Origin: Candidatus Micrarchaeota archaeon
Lineage (GTDB): Archaea; Micrarchaeota; Micrarchaeia; Anstonellales; Bilamarchaeaceae
DNA length: 56,588 nt
Assembly: GCA_014727925.1 (NCBI GenBank)
Contig: WJMN01000054.1
Location: 1-56,588 of the forward strand
Reading direction: 5' to 3'
Below the pieces are notes generated by a model. That model was given only the letters and a program-made list of their open reading frames with translations. It was not told the DNA's origin and ran no database searches. Both the position numbers and the translations under genes were made by a program. Positions 8,251 through 17,360 of this stretch are shown piece by piece (position 1 is the first letter of the stretch; each line of letters begins with the position of its first letter).

Positions 8251-9729
8251 ATGAAGCTCCAGCCCAGAGAATATCAGGAAAAGATAATTCAATCCATAAA
8301 AGAGAATGGCAATACTCTTGTCGTGCTCCCTACTGGGCTTGGCAAGACCCTAATAGCCCTGGCGATGATGGAAAAAACACCTGGAAAATGCCTCTTCCTT
8401 ACTCCCACAAAGCCACTTGCCCGCCAGCATAGCAACACAGTAAAAGAGGTTCTTGGTGCTATAGATGGGGGCTCTGCCCTGGTTACTGGTGAAAACACAC
8501 CAAAAAAGCGCGCTGCTCTTTACAAAAACCACATAATTTCCTCAACCCCCCAAACTATACGAAATGACATGAAAAAAGGCATTTTTCCTTCTGATGAAAC
8601 TTCCCTGGTGGTTTTTGATGAGGCCCACCGTGCGGTAGGCGATTATGCATATGTCAGGATAGCCGATGGGCTTTCTGAAACAACAAAGATAATCGGTCTT
8701 ACTGCCTCCCCCGGAGGGGACCGCGCAAAAATAAAAAAAGTCCTTGATAACCTCAGGATAACAAATATAGAAGTAAGAACTAATTCAGACCCAGATGTCA
8801 CTCCATATATAAAAAAGATGAAGCAGGAATGGATCCCGGTCAGCCTTACAGGCCCGTATCTTGAGGCAAAGGATATACTGGCATCTTATGCAAAAAAGCA
8901 GGCAACGCTCCTGAAAAATATGGGGATCCGCCCCTGTCTCTCCTCTAAAAAGGCATTTCTTGAGCTCCGCTCCCGCATTATGAGGATAAAACACCCCATG
9001 AAGTACCGGGTCATCTACCTATACAGCTGTCTGCTACACATCCTGCATTTGCAGGAACTCCTTGAAACCCAGGGAAAAATTCCCGTGGTAAAATATCTAG
9101 AGAAGCTCCGTACTTCGGATTCAAAATCAGCAACTGCGGTTTCCAAAAGTACTGAAATATCAAGAGTGCTTTCCCTGCTTGAGAAGGCAAGTGAACACCC
9201 CAAGATGGGCAAATTGTTTTCAATAATGGATAAGCTCAGGGGGAAGAAGCTCATAATATTTGTCCAGTATAGAGACCAGATAGAAGAGATAACTGCAGAG
9301 ATGGACCGGCAAGGATTCAGCGCCAGGCCCTTTATGGGCAAGAGAAAGAACTTCAATAAGAGGATGCAGGAAGAAACCATGGATTCCTTCCGAAAAGGCG
9401 AATTTGACACCCTTGTTGCAAGCTCAATAGGTGAGGAAGGCCTGGATATTCCCGAAGTGGATGCAGTAGTTTTCTATGAACCCATACCCAGCGAAATACG
9501 CTCTATACAACGAAGGGGAAGGGCAGGGAGAATGAAGGAAGGGGCAGTTTATGTCCTTATGACCCGCAAAACAAGGGACGAATACTATTACTGGGCATCA
9601 AGGAAAAGAGAGAAAAAAATGAACGAAGTTCTTCTCTCTTTCAGGGATAAATTCAGAATGCAAAGCACGAAGCCCCCCAATCCGCAAAAAAAGGAAACGG
9701 GGCAGAATACCCTCAACAAATTCCTTTAG
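8251..9729 (+). CDS. Hef/FANCM-like SF2 helicase lacking the ERCC4 nuclease domain
   Basis: LPTGLGKT, DEAH, GLTASPGG, EEGLDIP, IQRRGRAGR; ends at 492 aa with PIP-like QNTLNKFL. Confidence 0.88.
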   Translation: MKLQPREYQEKIIQSIKENGNTLVVLPTGLGKTLIALAMMEKTPGKCLFLTPTKPLARQHSNTVKEVLGAIDGGSALVTGENTPKKRAALYKNHIISSTPQTIRNDMKKGIFPSDETSLVVFDEAHRAVGDYAYVRIADGLSETTKIIGLTASPGGDRAKIKKVLDNLRITNIEVRTNSDPDVTPYIKKMKQEWIPVSLTGPYLEAKDILASYAKKQATLLKNMGIRPCLSSKKAFLELRSRIMRIKHPMKYRVIYLYSCLLHILHLQELLETQGKIPVVKYLEKLRTSDSKSATAVSKSTEISRVLSLLEKASEHPKMGKLFSIMDKLRGKKLIIFVQYRDQIEEITAEMDRQGFSARPFMGKRKNFNKRMQEETMDSFRKGEFDTLVASSIGEEGLDIPEVDAVVFYEPIPSEIRSIQRRGRAGRMKEGAVYVLMTRKTRDEYYYWASRKREKKMNEVLLSFRDKFRMQSTKPPNPQKKETGQNTLNKFL

Positions 9730-10337
9730 ATGTAGTCTTCTTCCCATTCCCCGCCGGCATCTCCACTGTGCTGGAACACGAACTCCTCCTTTCTTTTTCT
9801 TTCATAATACATCCCATACGCCAGACCGAGTATAAGGCCTCCAAGATGCGCGGCATTTGCTATTCCCGAGCCAGGATTGAATGAGCCCATAAGCTCAAGC
9901 ACAAACCAGAGGGCTGCAGCAGCCTGTATGGGCATGGGGATGAAGAAAACAAAAACGCGCATGTCCGGCCTGAGCATTGCAAGCGCACCGAGTATTCCAA
10001 ATATCCCACCACTTGCCCCCAGGGCCGGCACCACAGGGATTATTGCGGTTATGATTGTAAGATAATAAGTAAGGTTTCCGGCTATCCCTGCAGCAAGAAA
10101 CAGCAGCAGGAAGTTTTTTGTTCCGATTTCCCTCTCCAGATAAGGGCCGAAAATAAGCAGGGAAAATGAATTGAAGAAGAGGTGCATAAGCCCCCCATGG
10201 AGGAAACAACTGCTAACGAACATCCAGGGCATCAGGTTTGAGGGGTCAAAATACAGCCCTTCGGTGAAGCCTGGCACCGCAAGCTGCACTACAAATGCAA
10301 TTACAAAAATTCCCAGAAGGGTTTGCCATCCCTGCAT
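9726..10337 (-). CDS. Rhomboid intramembrane serine protease
   Basis: HGGLMHLFFN, GASG catalytic Ser, AHLGG catalytic His, multiple TM segments. Confidence 0.93.
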   Translation of the reverse strand: MQGWQTLLGIFVIAFVVQLAVPGFTEGLYFDPSNLMPWMFVSSCFLHGGLMHLFFNSFSLLIFGPYLEREIGTKNFLLLFLAAGIAGNLTYYLTIITAIIPVVPALGASGGIFGILGALAMLRPDMRVFVFFIPMPIQAAAALWFVLELMGSFNPGSGIANAAHLGGLILGLAYGMYYERKRKEEFVFQHSGDAGGEWEEDYI

Positions 10338-10349
10338 CCCACCACCTCC

Positions 10350-13300
10350 TCACTGCTCCCTCTTAAGCTTTCTGTATGTTTTCTCTTTTTTGCCCTGGTC
10401 TAGGATATGCGGGGGAATCCTGTCCCGCATAAGATACAGCCCGATTATTCCTAGCACCAACAGCCCGGTAATCGCGAGTATGAGCAGCCCATCCTGCTTC
10501 CTTTCAAAGTTATCCATTCTCTCCAGGCCCGCCTCCAGGCTTTTTATTGCCCGTACATATTCTCCGTTTCCGGCATAGTTTTCTGCAGTGGCCATCGCAC
10601 TTTCCACAAATTTCCGGTCCTCTTCTGCCATGCTTTCTTTTTGATCTTCGTAGAGCGCCTCCAGGTTTTCTCCAAGCCTCTCTTTTTCATTTTTAAGAAG
10701 CTCCAGCGTCCCCTCCATCTTGCCAACCATCCCCTCAATTTCTCCAACTGTTTCCCCAAAATCCCCTGTTTCATCTGCCTTTTTCAGGTACCTGCTCACA
10801 TCATACGGCTTAAGCAGGAAGTTGCCTTCAAGATGGGTTTCATCTGCTTCCTCATACTCCCGCGTATAATCCTCCAGCACATCATATGCTTCACTGACTG
10901 TTTCCCCAAGCACACCCTCCATTGCCGCATCTTCTTCAGATTTGCTTTCTTCTGCTGTATCCAGTACTTCTTCTGCCCGGAGAGCAGCATCAAATGCCTC
11001 CATAGCATCATCAAGGTTGAGGCTCCCTGAAAACTGGCTGTTTTTCTCTTCTACTTCAGTAATTGCCTCTTCTGTCCCTTCCCCATAATACCCAGACTCT
11101 GCCCATCTTTCTTTTATTTCCTCCTCCCTATCCAGCAGAGCCCGGGATATTTTGGTTATCTCTTTTTTCTCCCATCCCATGTCTATGCTTTCAAGCGGGC
11201 TTATCAGGGCCCCATCAGGTACATCTTCTTCAATTGCGCTGCCCAGCTCAGCAACCCTTGCTTCCATTTCCTGGGTATATGTGTTGTTTACTCCAAGGCC
11301 TTCAGCAACCCGCAGGGCACTCTCCAGCCGGGCCATCTTTTCTTCAATCTCTTCCTTTAGCTTTTCATGCTTCTTCAGTACTTTACTCTCTTTCTTTTCC
11401 CTGTCTTCAAAAACATCACGCAGTTCCTCTATCTTTTCATAAGCACTTTCCTCATCTCCCTGCTGCAGGTAGGTCTGGGTTTCCTCAAGGATTGCAGTTT
11501 CCCCACTGCTAAGGTTCATTTCCTGGTAAAGAAGCACCTGCCCGGTAACATACTCTTCAAGGTTGTTCATCTCATAGCTTAGCCTGACTTTTGTAGGCTT
11601 TCCTGCCTCAAGCTCATGCACCTTGAAGAACACAGTGCTTTCTCCGATTATGTTTTTCTCGGTAATCCTTTCTCCTGTGTACCCGAAAATATCAATCTCC
11701 TCCATTCCCTTGCCTTCTTCAGTGCTTGAGTAGGCAATGTAGTCTAGGTCCCTCTTTGGATGGAAGGTGAAGAAAAGCTCTACATTGGTTGTCTGCCCAA
11801 AGGTGGTTATGAAAGAAACCTCCCTCTCAACTTCATATGCATCATAATCATGGCTGCGGAGCTCCAGGGTATGGGTCCCTTTTGCAAGGGGCCTACCTAT
11901 TCCTTCTCCAGTATATGGGACGGTTATTCCATCAACTGTTACGCTTTCTATGCCCGAATATCCACCTATCATCAGCCCCCCGACATCTTCTTCACAGGAA
12001 AATTTTATTTCGTGCTTCACTTCTGCGCCGCCAGCATCATCCCCTTCTGCTTCTTCTTCGTGCTTTTTTGTCCTGCAGACAATTCCCTGTTTTTTGAAGG
12101 CAAGAGAAATGGTCTCGCTTGCATTTATACCTACAAGCTCTATTGCAATCCTCCCGCTTTTTGGGGTCACCAGCCTTACTTCTCCCTTACCCCGGACCAG
12201 GTCAATCTTACGGTATTCAATATCAGTATACGCTTCAACTGTTAGCCCCTCTCCGGAATAGCGGGTTGGGTTTTTTATGTCAACATAAAGGTACTGGCTG
12301 GCGTTTCCGTCCAGCACAGGTATCCCCACTTGTTCATATGCATCAACAACAAGGGAATCCTGTACAAGGGAGTCCTTGTTTGCTGCAAATTCTGCTTCTA
12401 TTTCATCATATGATTCTTCAATTTCAGAAAGCATCCCAAGCGCGCAGCGGTAATCAAGCTCGTTTCCGCTGTAGCATTCTTCCCCGGTTAACCAGGTTTC
12501 AAGGAAACTCGGCTTGGATCCATCCATGCTTATCTGGCTAAGGATGTATTCCCTCCTCCCAGGCAGGCCCCCATACCTGTTTTCCGCCTTTTCCAGAATT
12601 CCTTCTTCTATATTTTCAATTATTTCCTGGTAGTTGGAAGGCATTGTCTGCTCCAGAATCGCATACTGCACCTCTTCTGTATGCGTATCTATCCCATCCG
12701 TATTCGCCTTTTCTATGAATTCCTCAAGCCAGGCCAGCTCTTCATTTATTATAGCCTCTTCTGCCCCCTCTCCCTGCTCTGCAGAGTTGAGGGCCATATT
12801 GGCGTATTTTTTGCATTTTCCGTAACTCTTAAAGCGCCCTCCCAGGCTTCCAGCTTCTCCGCTACGGCAATGCCCCTCTGCATCATCCAGCCAGGCCTTT
12901 CCCATTTCCCCCATCTTGTTTTCCTTTTCTTTTGCGTCTTCTAGGGTTTCCTCTGCCTCTTCTCCATATTCCCAGACAACTTCCTCAGCTTCTTCTATTA
13001 TCCTGCTCTGGGCAATCACCGTATAGCCCGAAACCGCGGTTCCGCTTCCCATTATGCAGTCCTTTATCCACTTCCCATCTCCCTCTTCTGCATTTTTTGC
13101 TTCACGAAGGGCCCCGTCTGCAACCTCCTTTATTCCCATAAGTTCCTCATATTCTCCTTTGATTCCCTGGGCCCGGCTGTTGCCTTCCCCATAGCTGCTA
13201 CGGTATATTCTGCTTACCTCCTCCCGGGCCATCTCAGAAACAACATCTTCTGCAAGTTCTCCTTTTTCTTCCGCAAGCACTTTGCCTTCTTCACAGGAGT

Positions 13301-14036
13301 CTCCCAGTTCCCTGTATGTCTGGTTTATGCTGGTTATTTTTTCATCGAGCGCATCCACTGTGACCCAGTGATCTTCTATGCACCCATAATACCAAGAGAA
13401 CACCGGCACCTCATCCCATAGCCCTGAAAACTCACACTGGACATCTTCTAGGGGCATTTCACAATATTCAATTCCCCCTCCGGTATAATTGTCATCGCAC
13501 ACCCCGCCATTAACCAGCTTCCCTCTCCAGGACTCAAACTCCGCCCTTTTTTCATTCACCATTTCTCCATATTCTTCTAGGCCCAGCAGTGAGTATTCTG
13601 TACAGTCTGTCCAGTCCCAGGGGTAGGTGAACAGGTCCCATCCGTACTTTCCCGGAACCAGGTCCTCAACTTCAAGCTCTATTTCTGAAGCATCCTCTTT
13701 TGCTCCTATTGCATTTTCAATATATGAAGAGTTTTCCCCGCGCCTTGAAATGCCTGATTCTACTTTTTCCAGCTGCATCTCCTCCAGGCTGTTCTGGAAA
13801 TCGGGCACGGTTATCTGCAGGAATTCTTCAAGATCTTCTCTGTCCTCTTCTTCCAGCATTGATCCTGAAGAAGCAAGAGAGGGCATCCCAAAGAAGCTTG
13901 CCGCATAAGGGTTCTCCTCCAGCCAGGTATCGTTTTCCCAGGGCCGCGGGTAATCTTCAGAAGCAGAAAAACCCACGCAAACCAATCCCACCAGTAAAAT
14001 AAACAAGAATTTAGTGTTCATAGCATTATATCTCAC
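10350..14036 (-). CDS. Large acidic secreted/surface protein with C-terminal membrane anchor (unknown function; start may be 14021)
   Basis: Signal-peptide-like N-terminus, very Glu-rich helical regions around a beta-rich core, C-terminal TM helix + basic tail. Confidence 0.8.
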   Translation of the reverse strand: MRYNAMNTKFLFILLVGLVCVGFSASEDYPRPWENDTWLEENPYAASFFGMPSLASSGSMLEEEDREDLEEFLQITVPDFQNSLEEMQLEKVESGISRRGENSSYIENAIGAKEDASEIELEVEDLVPGKYGWDLFTYPWDWTDCTEYSLLGLEEYGEMVNEKRAEFESWRGKLVNGGVCDDNYTGGGIEYCEMPLEDVQCEFSGLWDEVPVFSWYYGCIEDHWVTVDALDEKITSINQTYRELGDSCEEGKVLAEEKGELAEDVVSEMAREEVSRIYRSSYGEGNSRAQGIKGEYEELMGIKEVADGALREAKNAEEGDGKWIKDCIMGSGTAVSGYTVIAQSRIIEEAEEVVWEYGEEAEETLEDAKEKENKMGEMGKAWLDDAEGHCRSGEAGSLGGRFKSYGKCKKYANMALNSAEQGEGAEEAIINEELAWLEEFIEKANTDGIDTHTEEVQYAILEQTMPSNYQEIIENIEEGILEKAENRYGGLPGRREYILSQISMDGSKPSFLETWLTGEECYSGNELDYRCALGMLSEIEESYDEIEAEFAANKDSLVQDSLVVDAYEQVGIPVLDGNASQYLYVDIKNPTRYSGEGLTVEAYTDIEYRKIDLVRGKGEVRLVTPKSGRIAIELVGINASETISLAFKKQGIVCRTKKHEEEAEGDDAGGAEVKHEIKFSCEEDVGGLMIGGYSGIESVTVDGITVPYTGEGIGRPLAKGTHTLELRSHDYDAYEVEREVSFITTFGQTTNVELFFTFHPKRDLDYIAYSSTEEGKGMEEIDIFGYTGERITEKNIIGESTVFFKVHELEAGKPTKVRLSYEMNNLEEYVTGQVLLYQEMNLSSGETAILEETQTYLQQGDEESAYEKIEELRDVFEDREKKESKVLKKHEKLKEEIEEKMARLESALRVAEGLGVNNTYTQEMEARVAELGSAIEEDVPDGALISPLESIDMGWEKKEITKISRALLDREEEIKERWAESGYYGEGTEEAITEVEEKNSQFSGSLNLDDAMEAFDAALRAEEVLDTAEESKSEEDAAMEGVLGETVSEAYDVLEDYTREYEEADETHLEGNFLLKPYDVSRYLKKADETGDFGETVGEIEGMVGKMEGTLELLKNEKERLGENLEALYEDQKESMAEEDRKFVESAMATAENYAGNGEYVRAIKSLEAGLERMDNFERKQDGLLILAITGLLVLGIIGLYLMRDRIPPHILDQGKKEKTYRKLKREQ

Positions 14037-14054
14037 TAGTCATTTAATTATTTG

Positions 14055-15521
14055 TCATTGCTTCTGCTGCACCCATTTTCTGATAAATGAGGTAACCAGC
14101 CTTACCCCCCTTGCGCTTGGGCCCTTGGGCAGATAGGCATTAGGGTGCTCGATTAGGTCAACGCTCGCGATGTCCAGGTGTATCCAGGGTGTTTTTCCCA
14201 CAAATTCTTTTATGAAAATCCCTGCGGTTATGGTCCCTGCTTCTCCCTGCTCGCTTCCCAGGTTTTTAACATCTGCAATGTCGCTTTTTATCATTTCTGA
14301 ATATTCTTCCCACACAGGAAGGGGCCACACTCTTTCATATGTCTCTTTTCCCGCTTCTTCAAGCAGTCCCATGGCATTTGCTTCAGTTCCCATCATGCAT
14401 ATTCCGTGGCGCCCTAGCACCACATTGGCCGCTCCGGTAAGAGTGGCAGCATCAAGTATAAGCTCCGGCTTCATTTCAGCAGCATAGGCAACAGAGTCTG
14501 CAAGGCACACCCTTCCTTCCGCATCTGTATTGAGTATCTCTATTGTTTTCCCATTGTATGATTTTATTATGTCACCTGGGTTTACAGCCTTTCCGTCAGG
14601 CATGTTCTCTGCCGCCCCAAAGATGAGAGTTGCCTTTACCGGCACCTTCAGCTCAGCAAGCGCCTTTATTACCCCAAGCAGGACAAGCGCCCCGCTTTTG
14701 TCGTATTTCATGCTGGCCATTCCTTTTCCCGGCTTTATGGAAATCCCCCCGCTGTCAAAGGTGATTGCTTTTCCCACAAGTGCAATATGGGGCAGGTTTT
14801 TCCCTTTGTTGTATACTACTCTTACAAGGGTTGGATGCTTTGCGCTTCCCTTTCCAACGGCGAGTATTCCACCCATTCCCTTTTTTTCCAGCTCACCCCG
14901 GCTGTAAACTCTGCAGTCCATCCCATACTTTTTCGCCAGCACCAGCGCTTCATCTGCCATCCGCTGGGGGTCCATCATATTTGAGGGGTCCATATCCAGC
15001 CTCCGGGCATAGTTTTGCGCGGTTGAGAGTATTTCTGCCTCCCGTGTTTTCCTAGAATAATCCTCTTCAGAAAAAACAACCAGCTCTTCCACTTCCTTCT
15101 TCTTTTTCTCTTCTTTTTCAGTCTTATAAACATCTGTTCGCTGGCTCTTTAGGGCAAACCCCTCAGCAAATGCCTGAAGTGCATCCCCCCTCCCAAGCTC
15201 CATTTCTCCGCTTATCCAGACACCACATTTTTTTATCTTTTTTCCGGATGCAAGTGAATATGCCTTTCCTCCTGCTTCTCTGAAGCTTTCTATTTTTGCC
15301 TTTTCTTCTTTTCCGATTCCGATAAATAGCAGCCGCTTGTAACCCTTGTCCGGTGCAGGAACAAAAAGGGATTTTTCCTTTTCACCTCCAAAATTATTTT
15401 CAACTCCGTTTTTTTTCAGGATCTCCGAAGCCCAGGAGGGCATTCTTCCCTTGATGCATGGCACAAAAAGCAATTCAGTCCCAATTTCGCCAATCTCTTT
15501 TTTCTCAAACTTGATTTTCAT
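14055..15521 (-). CDS. pepA: Leucyl aminopeptidase (M17)
   Basis: VGKAITFDSGG, MKYDKSGA, AENMP, NTDAEGR, DAATLTGA; start moved to MKIKF at 15521. Confidence 0.95.
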   Translation of the reverse strand: MKIKFEKKEIGEIGTELLFVPCIKGRMPSWASEILKKNGVENNFGGEKEKSLFVPAPDKGYKRLLFIGIGKEEKAKIESFREAGGKAYSLASGKKIKKCGVWISGEMELGRGDALQAFAEGFALKSQRTDVYKTEKEEKKKKEVEELVVFSEEDYSRKTREAEILSTAQNYARRLDMDPSNMMDPQRMADEALVLAKKYGMDCRVYSRGELEKKGMGGILAVGKGSAKHPTLVRVVYNKGKNLPHIALVGKAITFDSGGISIKPGKGMASMKYDKSGALVLLGVIKALAELKVPVKATLIFGAAENMPDGKAVNPGDIIKSYNGKTIEILNTDAEGRVCLADSVAYAAEMKPELILDAATLTGAANVVLGRHGICMMGTEANAMGLLEEAGKETYERVWPLPVWEEYSEMIKSDIADVKNLGSEQGEAGTITAGIFIKEFVGKTPWIHLDIASVDLIEHPNAYLPKGPSARGVRLVTSFIRKWVQQKQ

Positions 15522-16095
15522 CCTTAACACCCAATGCAGAACGCATTGCCCGGAAAACCGGGCTCTGCCCAATTCCTCTAGACAGATAAAGCACAAACAC
15601 AGAAACAAAACTTAAACCTATCGAAGCCACCATGACAAGTTCATCTTTTCCTCCAGGAAAAACTGGCTTTGTCCCCCCCCAGTAATCCAGGATGTCATTT
15701 AGGAGGAACCAACCAAGCGCCAGCATCAAATACCAATTCCCCAGTTTTTTCGGAACGAGTACCCAGGCGGCAAGTATCATCAGCAGGTGGCCCACAATCA
15801 GTATGCTGGTTGTATTGAAATAAAGCGGGGAAAAATATCTTTCAGGAAAAAGGCCGAAAATCATCAGTGTCCAGAACCCGTATTTTACCAGCCCCGCGCC
15901 CGCAACAAACCTAAAGAGCGGGTTTTTTATCCCGAAGATCACGGCCAGCATCAAAAGCCCGACATATAGCGGGCAGTCCGGAACAAACATCCACAGCCAT
16001 GGGGGAAATTCCGGAATTTGTGTATAATATGTACGGAACCCAAAAAAGAAAGAAAGCCCGCAGAGCAGAAAAAAGATGAATTTCCAGATGTTCAT
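15505..16095 (-). CDS. DUF1405 (YpjA-like) membrane protein
   Basis: PPWLWMFVPDCP, VKYGFWT, WFLLNDILDY patterns; hydrophobic. Confidence 0.75.
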   Translation of the reverse strand: MNIWKFIFFLLCGLSFFFGFRTYYTQIPEFPPWLWMFVPDCPLYVGLLMLAVIFGIKNPLFRFVAGAGLVKYGFWTLMIFGLFPERYFSPLYFNTTSILIVGHLLMILAAWVLVPKKLGNWYLMLALGWFLLNDILDYWGGTKPVFPGGKDELVMVASIGLSFVSVFVLYLSRGIGQSPVFRAMRSALGVKDENQV

Positions 16096-16577
16096 TTTTT
16101 CTTCACTACCTTCATTGGATTGCCTTTTGCAAAGCTGTTTTTTGGCACTGTTCTATCCACAAGGGCAGCTGCAGAAACGATGGCCCCATCTCCTATGCAC
16201 ACTCCTGCAAGGACCGTGGAGTTTGCCCCAAGCATCACGTTTTTCCCGATTTTTACCCTGCCCACGCGCATCTCCTTTATCAGGTACTCATGGGCAATGA
16301 TTGTTGCATTATACCCAATTATTGAATTATCCCCTATCTCTATAAGCTCAGGGTAAAAAATATCAAACATTGCCGCCAGCCCGATGGAAACCCCATCTCC
16401 TATTTTCATCCCCGTCAGCCTCAACAGGTCGTTTTTCAGCTCCAGGAAGGGGGCATATTTTGCAGTGTAAATGACCAGAAAATTGAAAACAACCCGCAGG
16501 GGGTCTCTGCTTTCCCAGATGTGCCGCAGGGAGTTTTTCCCCCCGGTTGCCCTTGATTCTAGGTTCCTCCTTCCCAT
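16092..16577 (-). CDS. Hexapeptide-repeat O-acetyltransferase, YvoF-like
   Basis: NSL..W, KN.L, IIGYNATIIAHEYLI, IG..VMLGANSTVL, GNPM; matches my recollection of B. subtilis YvoF along its length. Confidence 0.8.
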   Translation of the reverse strand: MGRRNLESRATGGKNSLRHIWESRDPLRVVFNFLVIYTAKYAPFLELKNDLLRLTGMKIGDGVSIGLAAMFDIFYPELIEIGDNSIIGYNATIIAHEYLIKEMRVGRVKIGKNVMLGANSTVLAGVCIGDGAIVSAAALVDRTVPKNSFAKGNPMKVVKKK

Positions 16578-16580
16578 TGC

Positions 16581-17360
16581 TCACCACTCCTGCTCAAGAT
16601 AGGAAACCGCATTTCGGAATAGTGAGATCCCCCTTCCTGTGGAGCCCCTTCCCCCAGCCCAGCAGGGATGGTTTGTGCGGTGGTTGTAAGCCTCAGGATG
16701 GGGCATCATTCCCAGCGTCTGCCCGCTCTTGTCGCAGATTCCTGCAATCCCCCTTACAGAGCCATTGGGGTTCCAGGGATACCTGCCCTGTCCCCCATCC
16801 GGTCCTGTATACTGCATCACATTGAGATTGTCTTTCATAATCTCTTCTAGCATTTCCCCGGTTCCCGGTATGAACCTGCCTTCCCCGTGCCTCACCGGAA
16901 GCTCTATTTCCCCGAGTTCCCTTGTGAATATGCAGGGGGAGCGCTCGTTTATCTTCAGCCTTACCCAGCGGTCTTCAAACTTGCCTGATTCATTGTAAGT
17001 TATAGTTACCCGCTGCCTGAAATCCGGTTCCGGAAGCAGCCCCATCTTCACGAGCACCTGGAATCCATTGCATATTCCGAGCACGAGCTTTCCGCTGTTT
17101 ATAAATTCCTGGAGCTCTTTGCCTGCCTTGTGCCTCAGCCTGTTTGCAAGCACCTTTCCCGAGCCGATATCATCTCCAAAAGAAAATCCCCCCGGTATGA
17201 CCAGGAAATTGTATTTTTCCAGAATAGGAGGGGATTCCAGAATCCTGCTTACGTGCATTATCTCTGCATTCCCCCCTGCTTCCTTTACAGCATAAGCAGT
17301 TTCCACCGGGCAGTTTATCCCATACCCATTCAGCACAAGCGCATTTGTTTTCCCTACCAT
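16581..17360 (-). CDS. purQ: FGAM synthase glutaminase subunit
   Basis: PGGFSFGDD, LGICNGFQ (catalytic Cys), HGEGRF, WNPNGS, MPHPE; start moved to the ATG overlapping the purL stop. Confidence 0.95.
   Translation of the reverse strand: MVGKTNALVLNGYGINCPVETAYAVKEAGGNAEIMHVSRILESPPILEKYNFLVIPGGFSFGDDIGSGKVLANRLRHKAGKELQEFINSGKLVLGICNGFQVLVKMGLLPEPDFRQRVTITYNESGKFEDRWVRLKINERSPCIFTRELGEIELPVRHGEGRFIPGTGEMLEEIMKDNLNVMQYTGPDGGQGRYPWNPNGSVRGIAGICDKSGQTLGMMPHPEAYNHRTNHPCWAGGRGSTGRGISLFRNAVSYLEQEW

Noticed and set aside
7878-8251. CRISPR-Cas locus around the Cas2-like gene
   Set aside because: No repeat-spacer array, cas1 or other cas gene in the window; the three palindrome copies are kilobases apart.
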